From the NCBI GenBank assembly GCA_964398915.1, contig CAYNOR010000006.1, positions 14,068 through 78,067 on the forward strand: a stretch of 64,000 nt of DNA, given 5' to 3'. How positions within the stretch are numbered: position 1 is the stretch's first letter; every line of letters begins with the position of its first letter. The notes beneath the pieces were generated by a model. The model worked only from the letters and a program-made list of their open reading frames with translations, made no database searches and was not told the DNA's origin. Positions 18,670-26,414 of the stretch are shown here, in pieces. This DNA comes from an uncultured Verrucomicrobiota bacterium. Its GTDB lineage: Bacteria > Verrucomicrobiota > Kiritimatiellia > Kiritimatiellales > Tichowtungiaceae. A program made the translations under genes and the position numbers.

Positions 18670-19505
18670 TTCGGCTCCTTTTTTTGAATGACTTGAATCA
18701 TTTCCTGAAAGGTGGAACGGAGTTCCGGCGCGGAGGACAGAATGCTTTCGCCGCGTGAAGTTGCTTCCGCGATTTTACGAGATTCCGGGATTTGCAGTAG
18801 CAGACGGATATTTTCTTTTTCGCAATACTCGACCACGCGGTTATCGCCTGAATCGGAGCGGTTGATGAGTACGCCAAAGGGGATGTTCAGTAATCGCACG
18901 GTTTCGACCGCCAGTGTCAAATCATGCAGACCAAACGGCGTCGGCTCGGTGACGAGGATGACATAATCAGAGCCTTTGACGGCGGTAATCATCGGGCAGG
19001 AGGTGCCGGGCGGGCAGTCGATCAAAACCGGTAAAGCCGGATCGGCGGCCTTCTTTACGGCGCGGATGACCGGCGGGGCCATGGCATGACCGATGTTTAA
19101 CCGGCCTTCTATAAACCGGATGTTTCCGCTTTGTCCGCGAACGATTTTTCCGACAGAACGCGGTTGTTCGGCTATTGCATGTTCCGGACAGACTCGTGCG
19201 CACCCGCCGCAACTGTGACACAGATCATCAAACACCATCACGGTTTTTCCCGCTACGGCGAGGGCATTGAACTGACAGATTTTTGCGCACTGTCCGCAGC
19301 CGGTACAGCGGGAAGAATCCACGACAGGAACCGAAACAGAAACCGCTTGTTCTGTGGTGCTTTCCAGACTCAGGAAAAGCGCCGCATTCGGCTCTTCGAC
19401 ATCGCAGTCGAGCAGTTGAACCGGGCCGTCCCAGACCTTCGCCAGCGCGACCGACAGAGTCGTCTTGCCGGTTCCCCCTTTTCCGGATGCAATCGCAATT
19501 TGCAT
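18666..19505 (-). CDS. MinD/ParA-type P-loop ATPase with 4Fe-4S ferredoxin domain (second copy)
   Basis: MQIAIASGKGGTGKTT, then CTGCGQCAKIC and CHSCGGCARVCP. Its start overlaps the upstream stop as TAATG. Confidence 0.8.
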   Translation of the reverse strand: MQIAIASGKGGTGKTTLSVALAKVWDGPVQLLDCDVEEPNAALFLSLESTTEQAVSVSVPVVDSSRCTGCGQCAKICQFNALAVAGKTVMVFDDLCHSCGGCARVCPEHAIAEQPRSVGKIVRGQSGNIRFIEGRLNIGHAMAPPVIRAVKKAADPALPVLIDCPPGTSCPMITAVKGSDYVILVTEPTPFGLHDLTLAVETVRLLNIPFGVLINRSDSGDNRVVEYCEKENIRLLLQIPESRKIAEATSRGESILSSAPELRSTFQEMIQVIQKKEPK

Positions 19506-20377
19506 TACAAACTCCTTTTTGCGCAGCGCAGCACATGGGTGCCGATCGGTAGGTTGACCGATGCCGCTACGACTGGGCACTTAGCTTTAAACAGGAAGAA
19601 AATATTTTTTCCGCAGTGACTAAGCGTTTCAAAATTTCCCTGACCTTTGGAAACGATCAGATCGGATGTCTCAAAGGCGTTTTGGAATTCCCTGCTGCAA
19701 TCGTTCAGCAGTGTACCGGGCGCATCGGAGCCGTTTCCGATGACGCGGACGATTTGGTCGAGTCCGGCAGTTTGCGCATCAACCAGCGTGGCATCATTGA
19801 TAATCGGCATCCCACGCACAGCGACTGTGACCCAGTTGGCTCCAAGCTGTTCAATCAGCAGTGTATCGAAAACGATTTCGCCGCAGTTGTCGGCCAGATA
19901 AAGGATTTTTTTCGCCCGTGCAACTTCCTGGCGGAAATGTTCTCGGTCGCCTTCGAGCGGTTGCTCGGCGGCATGGCGGATCGCATCGTGAATTTCGTTT
20001 TCGTTCAGTCCGCTTTTTGCACCTAGATCGATAATGTTTCCGGCAACGGCCAGATTGGCTGCGGTCATCAGCGGATCATTAGAGGATTTGACCTGCGTGC
20101 GCAATCCGGGCAGCAACCGCAGCGCCATTTGGTTATGCTGATCTTTCTGCTCCCGGTACGGATCTTCAACGCCGGTGAGCTCGCGCAGGCGACGGTGAAT
20201 CCGTTGAGCCAGCGCGGGCGGCGACAGACTCATATCCATCTCGCTCAGCCAGCGCAGTACGTCGCGAATGATCTGTTCATGAACCACCGGATCGGCAGAA
20301 CTCATCCGGGCGGCATCCAGCGTCTGCCGGACAAAACAGGGAATACAATTGAGATAGGTTTTCATAATAAGTGGCAA
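19505..20377 (-). CDS. DUF89 (ARMT1-like damage-control phosphatase) family protein
   Basis: MKTYLNCIPCFVRQTLDAAR N-terminus, and KGQGNFETL. Confidence 0.7.
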   Translation of the reverse strand: MPLIMKTYLNCIPCFVRQTLDAARMSSADPVVHEQIIRDVLRWLSEMDMSLSPPALAQRIHRRLRELTGVEDPYREQKDQHNQMALRLLPGLRTQVKSSNDPLMTAANLAVAGNIIDLGAKSGLNENEIHDAIRHAAEQPLEGDREHFRQEVARAKKILYLADNCGEIVFDTLLIEQLGANWVTVAVRGMPIINDATLVDAQTAGLDQIVRVIGNGSDAPGTLLNDCSREFQNAFETSDLIVSKGQGNFETLSHCGKNIFFLFKAKCPVVAASVNLPIGTHVLRCAKRSL

Positions 20378-20450
20378 GTGGCGGGTATCGAGTGGCGGTC
20401 GGGTTGTTTCTTCATCAAATCGGAAATCACCAATCGGTAATCGTCAATTC

Positions 20451-20813
20451 TCACACCCAGTGTCCTTCGACATCCGCTTCCTGCGCGGCCGTCAGTTTCC
20501 CGGTCGCATACAAGTCCAGTGCTTCCTGAACGGTTGAGGCGGTACTCGGATAAACCGCGATTTTTGAAGCGCTTAACACCCGGAACGCTTTCGGGCCGAA
20601 GTGGCCGCTGATCACCGCAGCTGCTCCGGTGGAGGCCGCATTTTGCGCGGCCTGAATTCCTGCGCCCTGGGCTGCGTTCAGGTTCTGTGAATTATCGGCG
20701 ATTTCAAACGTTCCGGTTTCTGTTTCATAGATGATAAACCGTGCGGCGCGTCCGAAGCGCGGATCGAGCGGGGCGCTCAGATCGTTTCCCGATGTGGTAA
20801 TGGCAATTTTCAT
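20451..20813 (-). CDS. NifB/NifX-family small protein (second copy)
   Basis: MKIAITTSGNDLSAPLDPRFGRAARFIIYE. An ATGA overlap links it to the upstream gene. Confidence 0.7.
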   Translation of the reverse strand: MKIAITTSGNDLSAPLDPRFGRAARFIIYETETGTFEIADNSQNLNAAQGAGIQAAQNAASTGAAAVISGHFGPKAFRVLSASKIAVYPSTASTVQEALDLYATGKLTAAQEADVEGHWV

Positions 20814-21154
20814 GATGGAGTTTCCTTTGTAATCTCTTCCAGCAGTCCGGCAGCGGTTGCGACGCAATCGGCGCAGGGCATAACCCGGTTGCGGCGGATT
20901 TCCCGGCAGACGGTATGTCCGGATGCGTGTTGACTGAATTTTTCTTTAATCATTTCTTTTAAATGCGATTCGGCCAGTTCGCAGGCGGCGTGCAACGCGC
21001 CGCAAAGTCCTTCCGGAGCCTGACCGTTGCCGCAGTCTGAAAAACGGATGTGATGATCCGACTCCGGCTGTTTTTTATCTTTCCACGCCAAGGCAACTGC
21101 TTGTGCGCAGTTGCCCCGGCGGGCTTTGTAGTGTTCGACAGCGGATTTTTTCAT
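20810..21154 (-). CDS. C_GCAxxG_C_C family putative redox protein
   Basis: GNCAQAV, CGALHAA, CREI and CADCV match the family cysteine pattern. Confidence 0.6.
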   Translation of the reverse strand: MKKSAVEHYKARRGNCAQAVALAWKDKKQPESDHHIRFSDCGNGQAPEGLCGALHAACELAESHLKEMIKEKFSQHASGHTVCREIRRNRVMPCADCVATAAGLLEEITKETPS

Positions 21155-21408
21155 GACCGGGTCTGAATTTCTCCGATCCGCTTTTCAATCCGCGCCATCT
21201 GTTGTTTCAGTTCGAGCAGTTCATCGTCCTGTGACGGCTGAACGGGTTGCACGAACCGGTTGCGGAATCCGAAGCCCCGTCCGCATCCGCGTCCGAAGCC
21301 TCCGCCGACTGTTTGAAAGCCAGCTGTGTTGTATCCTGCGCAGAAGCCTGCGCTGCGTCCGGTCATCGGGCCTGCGCCCGCCGGACCTGTTCTGTCTCCC
21401 CTCGGCAT
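21151..21408 (-). CDS. DUF5320 family protein
   Basis: MPRGDRTGPAGAGPMTGRSAGFCAG N-terminus plus a C-terminal coiled coil. Confidence 0.65.
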   Translation of the reverse strand: MPRGDRTGPAGAGPMTGRSAGFCAGYNTAGFQTVGGGFGRGCGRGFGFRNRFVQPVQPSQDDELLELKQQMARIEKRIGEIQTRS

Positions 21409-21432
21409 GTTATGCCTCCTTTTCTTTTTAAA

Positions 21433-21801
21433 TTATTGGCAGCCGTGTCCATGGCCGTGCCCGCCTCGTCCGCATCGGCAGCCGCCATGTGGTTCATTCG
21501 GAGTTTCCGGTATGGTTATTTCTTTTCCGCCTTCCATGCGGATGGCTTTACCGTGTGTCAGGGCTTCGGCCACCTTTTTATGGGCTCTGGCGATGATCAG
21601 TCCGAACGTTTGGCGCGAAACGCCCATCCGTTCTGCCGCTTGTTCCTGATAGAGCTCCTCAAAGTCAGCCAGCCGGATGGCTTCCAGTTCATCCGGAGCC
21701 AGCTCGACGGCTTCCAGCATCCGCAGAGGAATCCCCTGAGGTTTAAAGTAAGTCACCGGCGCGCAATGGCCGATCCGTCGTTCTTTTTGGGGTCTTGGCA
21801 T
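21433..21801 (-). CDS. DUF134 (UPF0251) predicted DNA-binding protein, first gene of the operon
   Basis: MPRPQKERRIGHCAPVTYFKPQGIP, an HTH-like EQAAERMGVSRQTF, and a C-terminal Cys/His-rich tail. Confidence 0.7.
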   Translation of the reverse strand: MPRPQKERRIGHCAPVTYFKPQGIPLRMLEAVELAPDELEAIRLADFEELYQEQAAERMGVSRQTFGLIIARAHKKVAEALTHGKAIRMEGGKEITIPETPNEPHGGCRCGRGGHGHGHGCQ

Positions 21802-21926
21802 GTTTTATTTATGGCATATGCCAATAATTAAAGCAACCGCTGTTTTGATTTTTCTGATCTGCCGGATTTGAACATTGAGACTTTCGTTCGCATAGGGTTA
21901 TTCTCCGGAAGTTTTGGAGAATAACT

Positions 21927-22505
21927 ATGTTTGAAGGCATTTATGACAAAATCGGGATGGCGGGCGTGGTGCTGGCGTTTCTGCCGTTTTTCAGCCTCTA
22001 TTTCTTTTTGCAGACCCTGATCTATCTGGCGTGGGTTCCGCGCGGATTTAAAAAATTCCGCGCGGCATTTGAAAGTCCTGCTCCGGCGGTGACCGAAGCC
22101 CAGGCACGTTGCAATCCGCTCAGTTCGGTTCTTTGGGATGTTCTGAAGCATCAAACGCCGCGCGGCGAGGTGCAGGAGGAAGTGCAGTATCTTTTTCAGA
22201 GAACCTTTGGGCGCACCTATGTGGCTGTCACCGTATTGCGGCTGATTTCGGTGATTTCCCCGTTGTTGGGGCTGTACGGGACGGTGCTGGGGATCTCGAA
22301 AGTTTTCCATGGCATGGCTGCGCAGGCAGTGGTCGACCAAACGGTTCTGGCCAACGGCATTTGGGAAGCGCTGATCACAACCATCATGGGGCTGACCATC
22401 GCCATTCCGACGCTGGTTTTTTATTATTTGGTTCGTCTGCGCATCCGTTCGCTGATGATTGAGTGCATCGAAACAGCCCGTTCTCTGCAGAGAAATTTAA
22501 AATAG
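21927..22505 (+). CDS. exbB: MotA/TolQ/ExbB proton-channel protein
   Basis: GLYGTVLGISKVF...WEALITTIMGLTIAIPTLVFY. Confidence 0.8.
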   Translation: MFEGIYDKIGMAGVVLAFLPFFSLYFFLQTLIYLAWVPRGFKKFRAAFESPAPAVTEAQARCNPLSSVLWDVLKHQTPRGEVQEEVQYLFQRTFGRTYVAVTVLRLISVISPLLGLYGTVLGISKVFHGMAAQAVVDQTVLANGIWEALITTIMGLTIAIPTLVFYYLVRLRIRSLMIECIETARSLQRNLK

Positions 22506-22515
22506 AAATCAGGTT

Positions 22516-22920
22516 ATGTTTGAGCATTTTTCACTGGATGATGAATTTGATGCGGAGATTGATTTAACTCCGCTGGTGGATACGATTTTTATCCTGCTGA
22601 TATTTTTTGTTCTCACGACGACCTTTGTGCGCCCTTCACTGCCTGTGAATTTGTCGAAGGCCGCGTCGGCGGCAGTCTCCAGTGAGCGCAAGGAGCAGCT
22701 GGCGATCACGATTGATGCGCAGGGCAAGATATTTCATGGCAATGCAACGCTGAGTCGCGCAGAGATACCGGCCTTACTTAAAGCCAATCCGGATCGTGGT
22801 ATTAATCTGTTTGTGGATCGTGCGGCACCGTTCGAGGCTTTTTTATCGGTGGTGGATGAGGCCCGCCTGCTGAACCGCGAAGATATTTCGATCACAACGC
22901 TTCCTGCCGGCCGTGAATAA
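22516..22920 (+). CDS. exbD: ExbD/TolR biopolymer transport protein
   Basis: DLTPLVDTIFILLIFFVLTTTF. Confidence 0.8.
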   Translation: MFEHFSLDDEFDAEIDLTPLVDTIFILLIFFVLTTTFVRPSLPVNLSKAASAAVSSERKEQLAITIDAQGKIFHGNATLSRAEIPALLKANPDRGINLFVDRAAPFEAFLSVVDEARLLNREDISITTLPAGRE

Positions 22921-23584
22921 ATTCCGCAAAGTTGAACGGCACAGCGGGTTGCTGGCATTTCTGCTCAGCGGCCTGTTTTATGTTGCGACGGGTTCTTTCG
23001 TTTTTTTTATGGCGCAGCATGCGAAGGTCGATTCGCCTCCTGCCATGGGGCCGAAAGCGGTTAATTTGAGTTTTGCACAGATGGAGTTGCATGCCGTTGC
23101 GCCGGCACCGGCTCAACCGGTTCCTCCGCCGCCTGAAAGGGCGGATGTGGCACCGGAGGAAGTCAAAAAAGCTCCGGAGCCTGAGATTAAACCAGAGCCT
23201 GTTGCGGAACAGGTGGCGCAAGTGAATCAAGAAGCTTCTGTGATGGAAACCCCGATCATCGCAACCGTGCCGTTGACAGGCTCTCCGGCGATCGCGGTGG
23301 ATTGGCGGGCAATGGCGATCGCCAAGCTCCGTTCAATGATTGAGTACGAAAAATATTATCCGGCGGCGGCTCAAAAGGCGGGCTACACCGGCCGGGTCAG
23401 CGTACAAATCCGCCTTGAACCAGACGGTACGATTGTCAGTTATGAAGTCAAAGATCGGCGCGGTCATCCGCTGCTCGGCAAAGCAGTCGAAACGACGATG
23501 GAAAAAATTAAGGGCAGAAACGTTGGATTGACCCTGCCGGAACCGTTTGAGGTTCTATTGCCTATCGAATTCGAGTTGAATTGA
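22913..23584 (+). CDS. tonB: TonB-family energy transducer
   Basis: N-terminal TM segment, Pro-rich spacer PAPAQPVPPPPE...PEPEIKPEP, and C-terminal YPAAAQKAGYTGRVSVQIRLEPDGTI. Confidence 0.75.
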   Translation: MNKFRKVERHSGLLAFLLSGLFYVATGSFVFFMAQHAKVDSPPAMGPKAVNLSFAQMELHAVAPAPAQPVPPPPERADVAPEEVKKAPEPEIKPEPVAEQVAQVNQEASVMETPIIATVPLTGSPAIAVDWRAMAIAKLRSMIEYEKYYPAAAQKAGYTGRVSVQIRLEPDGTIVSYEVKDRRGHPLLGKAVETTMEKIKGRNVGLTLPEPFEVLLPIEFELN

Positions 23585-23601
23585 TTTAATCAGGACTGCG
23601 G

Positions 23602-23778
23602 ATGAACTGGGATTCAATCAGAAGTTGGGCGGCGATTCTGCTGTTGCTGGATGCGGCATTCGGGCTGTGGAACCATGAACGGGTCAAGGCACTGGTGCCA
23701 AAAGTTAATATTATGCGCATAGCGCTGATTGAGGCTTGTGCTGCGCTGATTCTTGTCCTGCTTGGATTGTGGCTGTGA
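23602..23778 (+). CDS. possible 58-aa two-TM membrane peptide
   Basis: Below the track cutoff. I translate MNWDSIRSWAAILLLLDAAFGLWNHERVKALVPKVNIMRIALIEACAALILVLLGLWL*. It directly follows tonB. Confidence 0.3.
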   Translation: MNWDSIRSWAAILLLLDAAFGLWNHERVKALVPKVNIMRIALIEACAALILVLLGLWL

Positions 23779-23864
23779 TTGCCTTTGTACGGCTTCTTGT
23801 GCTTATATCTCCGGCCTGTAAGGCGGATCCTTTTCCTTAGTTAGTGATGCGCGGAGTATTTTAT

Positions 23865-26399
23865 ATGGCGAAATCCACATTTTTAAGGTTTCTTTTCCTT
23901 AGTCTTTTGATTTTTCCACCGGCCATGCGCGCTGCAGAAGAGGCTCAGGAGTGGCCTCCTTTGACGCGAATTGAACTTACACGCGGTCCCTTTGATCTTC
24001 GTCTTTATGCCACGGCGGGCGGCGACCCGCGTGCACTGATAGTCTTCGGTTCGGGTGACGGCGGCTGGAGCGCATGGGAACACACCGTTTGCACATGGTT
24101 ACAGGAGGCCAATCTGGCGGTGGTCGGGATCGATTTCGATAAATATGCCGCTACGGACTTTAATCAACCGACACTTGCGAAAGATATGGCTGCAGCTGCC
24201 GCGTTTGCTGCCGGACAGTTGAATGCAAAGGAGGTCCCTGTTCTTTATGCAGGCTGGAGTATTGGCGCTGTGCAGGCGGTTGCGGCGGCGGGCGGAACCA
24301 ATCGTCCGCCATCACTTGCCGGGCTGTTGCTGCTGAGTCTGGACAGTCGCGGGCGTTATGGAATCCGCGCTCCGGATATGGTCGGGATCACACCGACCGG
24401 GCCGGGAACCTTTGATTTGCATGAGTTCAATCAGGCGATGGAAGGATTGCGGGTGGTCCAATATCACGGAACGGCCGATTTTATGGCTAAAACGACCTGG
24501 ATCCGGCTGCTGAAATCTCCGCATCAGGTGTATCTGCTGCAAGGGATGAACCATGGATTCGACGGACCGGTTCCGGAATTTATTCCCGTATTGTTGCAAG
24601 GTGCAGCCTGGGCATTAGGGGACGATTCGGCTGCGGCATCATCTGAAGAATCAAAGAACACATTTTCCGGGGAGATGTTTATCTACGGTACGTTGCTGAT
24701 TCTCCTCACGATCGCTTTGATTTCCAGCCGAGCCGCCCTGATTTTTCTGCCCGTCTCAGTGGCTCTTTGCGGAATCGCCGGTATTCTGGCAACCGTTTTT
24801 CATGAAGCACCTTCCTTTATTGCAGAAATGGAAGCATGGGTCCCTTTGGAAGTCAGTCAGCACGGCCGTTTTCTTCTGTTTCTTTCGGGAGCACTGCTGC
24901 TGGTGCTGGCCCGGGGATTATACCGGCATAAACGGGTTGCTTGGCACATGACAGTGATTGTCCTGACCATATCAGCAATTTTAAATTTCACACAGACGTT
25001 CAATTGGAACCGTTCGGCGGTTGCCGTTATTCTGCTGGTCGCATTGATTCGGCACCGCAAAATGTTTTCAGCCCGATCCGATAAACATTCTTTCTGGGCC
25101 GGAACTGGACTTGCAGTCGGAACACTGGTGTTGATCGTTGGATATGGTGCGGTGTCTCTTTATGTGGTTGGTGAACGCGGACTTTTCGGTAATCCGTTGT
25201 CATGGATGGAGTCGTTTCGCGGTGCGGCCTTGACGGTGTTGCAGGTTAAGACCGATCTGGATGAACTCGCCGGACGGGAAGCCGTTCATCTGTTGAATAC
25301 GATCCGGTTGCAAGGGCTGATGGCTGGGCTTGCGGCGTTGATTATGGTGCTACGCCCAGTAATTTTACGGCAGCATGCACACAGCCCGGAAGATTTTGAG
25401 AATGTGAAAAGGCTGGTGGACGCCTATTCAGACGACCCGATGTCAGTATTCGCCCTGCTTCCGGATAAGCATTATTATTTTGAGGAAGGCGTGGACGGCG
25501 TTGTGGCCTACGCGCTGTGGTGGAATATTGCGGTGGTGCTGGCGGATCCGATTTGCAGGCCGGATTGCCGGGAGAAGCTGGCACATGGGTTTATTCATCA
25601 TTGCCGCACCTGTGACTGGAAACCGGTTTTCTACTGTTCGCACTACAGTAATCGGGAGATTTATGACCGCGCGGGCTTCCAGCTTGTCCGGATTGCGGAA
25701 GAGGCCCGGCTTAAGCTGGCTGAATTCAAATTAGATGGCGCCCGGTTTCAGAATTTACGGACGGCCCGGAACAAGGCCCGTAAAAACGGTCTGGTATTCG
25801 GATGGTACGGCGGCGACGGAACGTCGCAGGACGAACAGCTTGAGCAGCAGCTTCTGGATTTATCCAGGGAATGGCTGGCAAGAAAACGCGGCGGAGAAAT
25901 GAGCTTCGATCTCAGTTCGTTTAACAAACAAACCATTCGTGAAAAAGGCGCGGCAGTTGTCCGGTCTCCGGACGGACGGCTGGAAGCTTTCGCCACATGG
26001 CATCCCTATGCCCATGGCAGAGGCCGATGTCTTGATCTCATGCGGAGTCATGTTCAGGCCCGGGATGTGATGGACTTTCTCATTCTGGAAGCAATACAAT
26101 CGTTCCGGGATCAAGGGGTCGAGGAGGTCTGTTTCGGTAGCGCACCTCTTGCGAATACCGCGGATCCGAGCGAACACAATGTGTATGATCGGTCCATCCG
26201 GTTTGTCTTTGAAAATCTCGAACGGTTTTACGGCTACAAACGGCTGTTTTTCTTTAAGCAGAAGTATTATCCCTGCTGGACCCCGCGTTATCTTGCTTAT
26301 CCGTGCGGCACCTCGCTGCTGCTGGTGGGTCTGGCAATTGCTGGCGTTCATTTGACGAGCGGATTCCGAAGCCTTTTCCGCCGTTCCGGCCGGGGGTAA
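23865..26399 (+). CDS. fusion of a VirJ/AcvB-like periplasmic hydrolase domain, a TM region and an MprF-type aminoacyl-phosphatidylglycerol synthase C-domain (DUF2156)
   Basis: Signal peptide MAKSTFLRFLFLSLLIFPPAMRA. VirJ-like FGSGDGGWSAWE...VVGIDFDKY...GWSIGA. About 6 TM segments. DUF2156-like VVAYALWWNIAVVLADPIC...KPVFYCS...RIAEEARLKLAEFKLDGARFQNLRTARNKARKNG. Confidence 0.7.
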   Translation: MAKSTFLRFLFLSLLIFPPAMRAAEEAQEWPPLTRIELTRGPFDLRLYATAGGDPRALIVFGSGDGGWSAWEHTVCTWLQEANLAVVGIDFDKYAATDFNQPTLAKDMAAAAAFAAGQLNAKEVPVLYAGWSIGAVQAVAAAGGTNRPPSLAGLLLLSLDSRGRYGIRAPDMVGITPTGPGTFDLHEFNQAMEGLRVVQYHGTADFMAKTTWIRLLKSPHQVYLLQGMNHGFDGPVPEFIPVLLQGAAWALGDDSAAASSEESKNTFSGEMFIYGTLLILLTIALISSRAALIFLPVSVALCGIAGILATVFHEAPSFIAEMEAWVPLEVSQHGRFLLFLSGALLLVLARGLYRHKRVAWHMTVIVLTISAILNFTQTFNWNRSAVAVILLVALIRHRKMFSARSDKHSFWAGTGLAVGTLVLIVGYGAVSLYVVGERGLFGNPLSWMESFRGAALTVLQVKTDLDELAGREAVHLLNTIRLQGLMAGLAALIMVLRPVILRQHAHSPEDFENVKRLVDAYSDDPMSVFALLPDKHYYFEEGVDGVVAYALWWNIAVVLADPICRPDCREKLAHGFIHHCRTCDWKPVFYCSHYSNREIYDRAGFQLVRIAEEARLKLAEFKLDGARFQNLRTARNKARKNGLVFGWYGGDGTSQDEQLEQQLLDLSREWLARKRGGEMSFDLSSFNKQTIREKGAAVVRSPDGRLEAFATWHPYAHGRGRCLDLMRSHVQARDVMDFLILEAIQSFRDQGVEEVCFGSAPLANTADPSEHNVYDRSIRFVFENLERFYGYKRLFFFKQKYYPCWTPRYLAYPCGTSLLLVGLAIAGVHLTSGFRSLFRRSGRG

Positions 26400-26414
26400 A
26401 AGTTTTTCCCGGTT

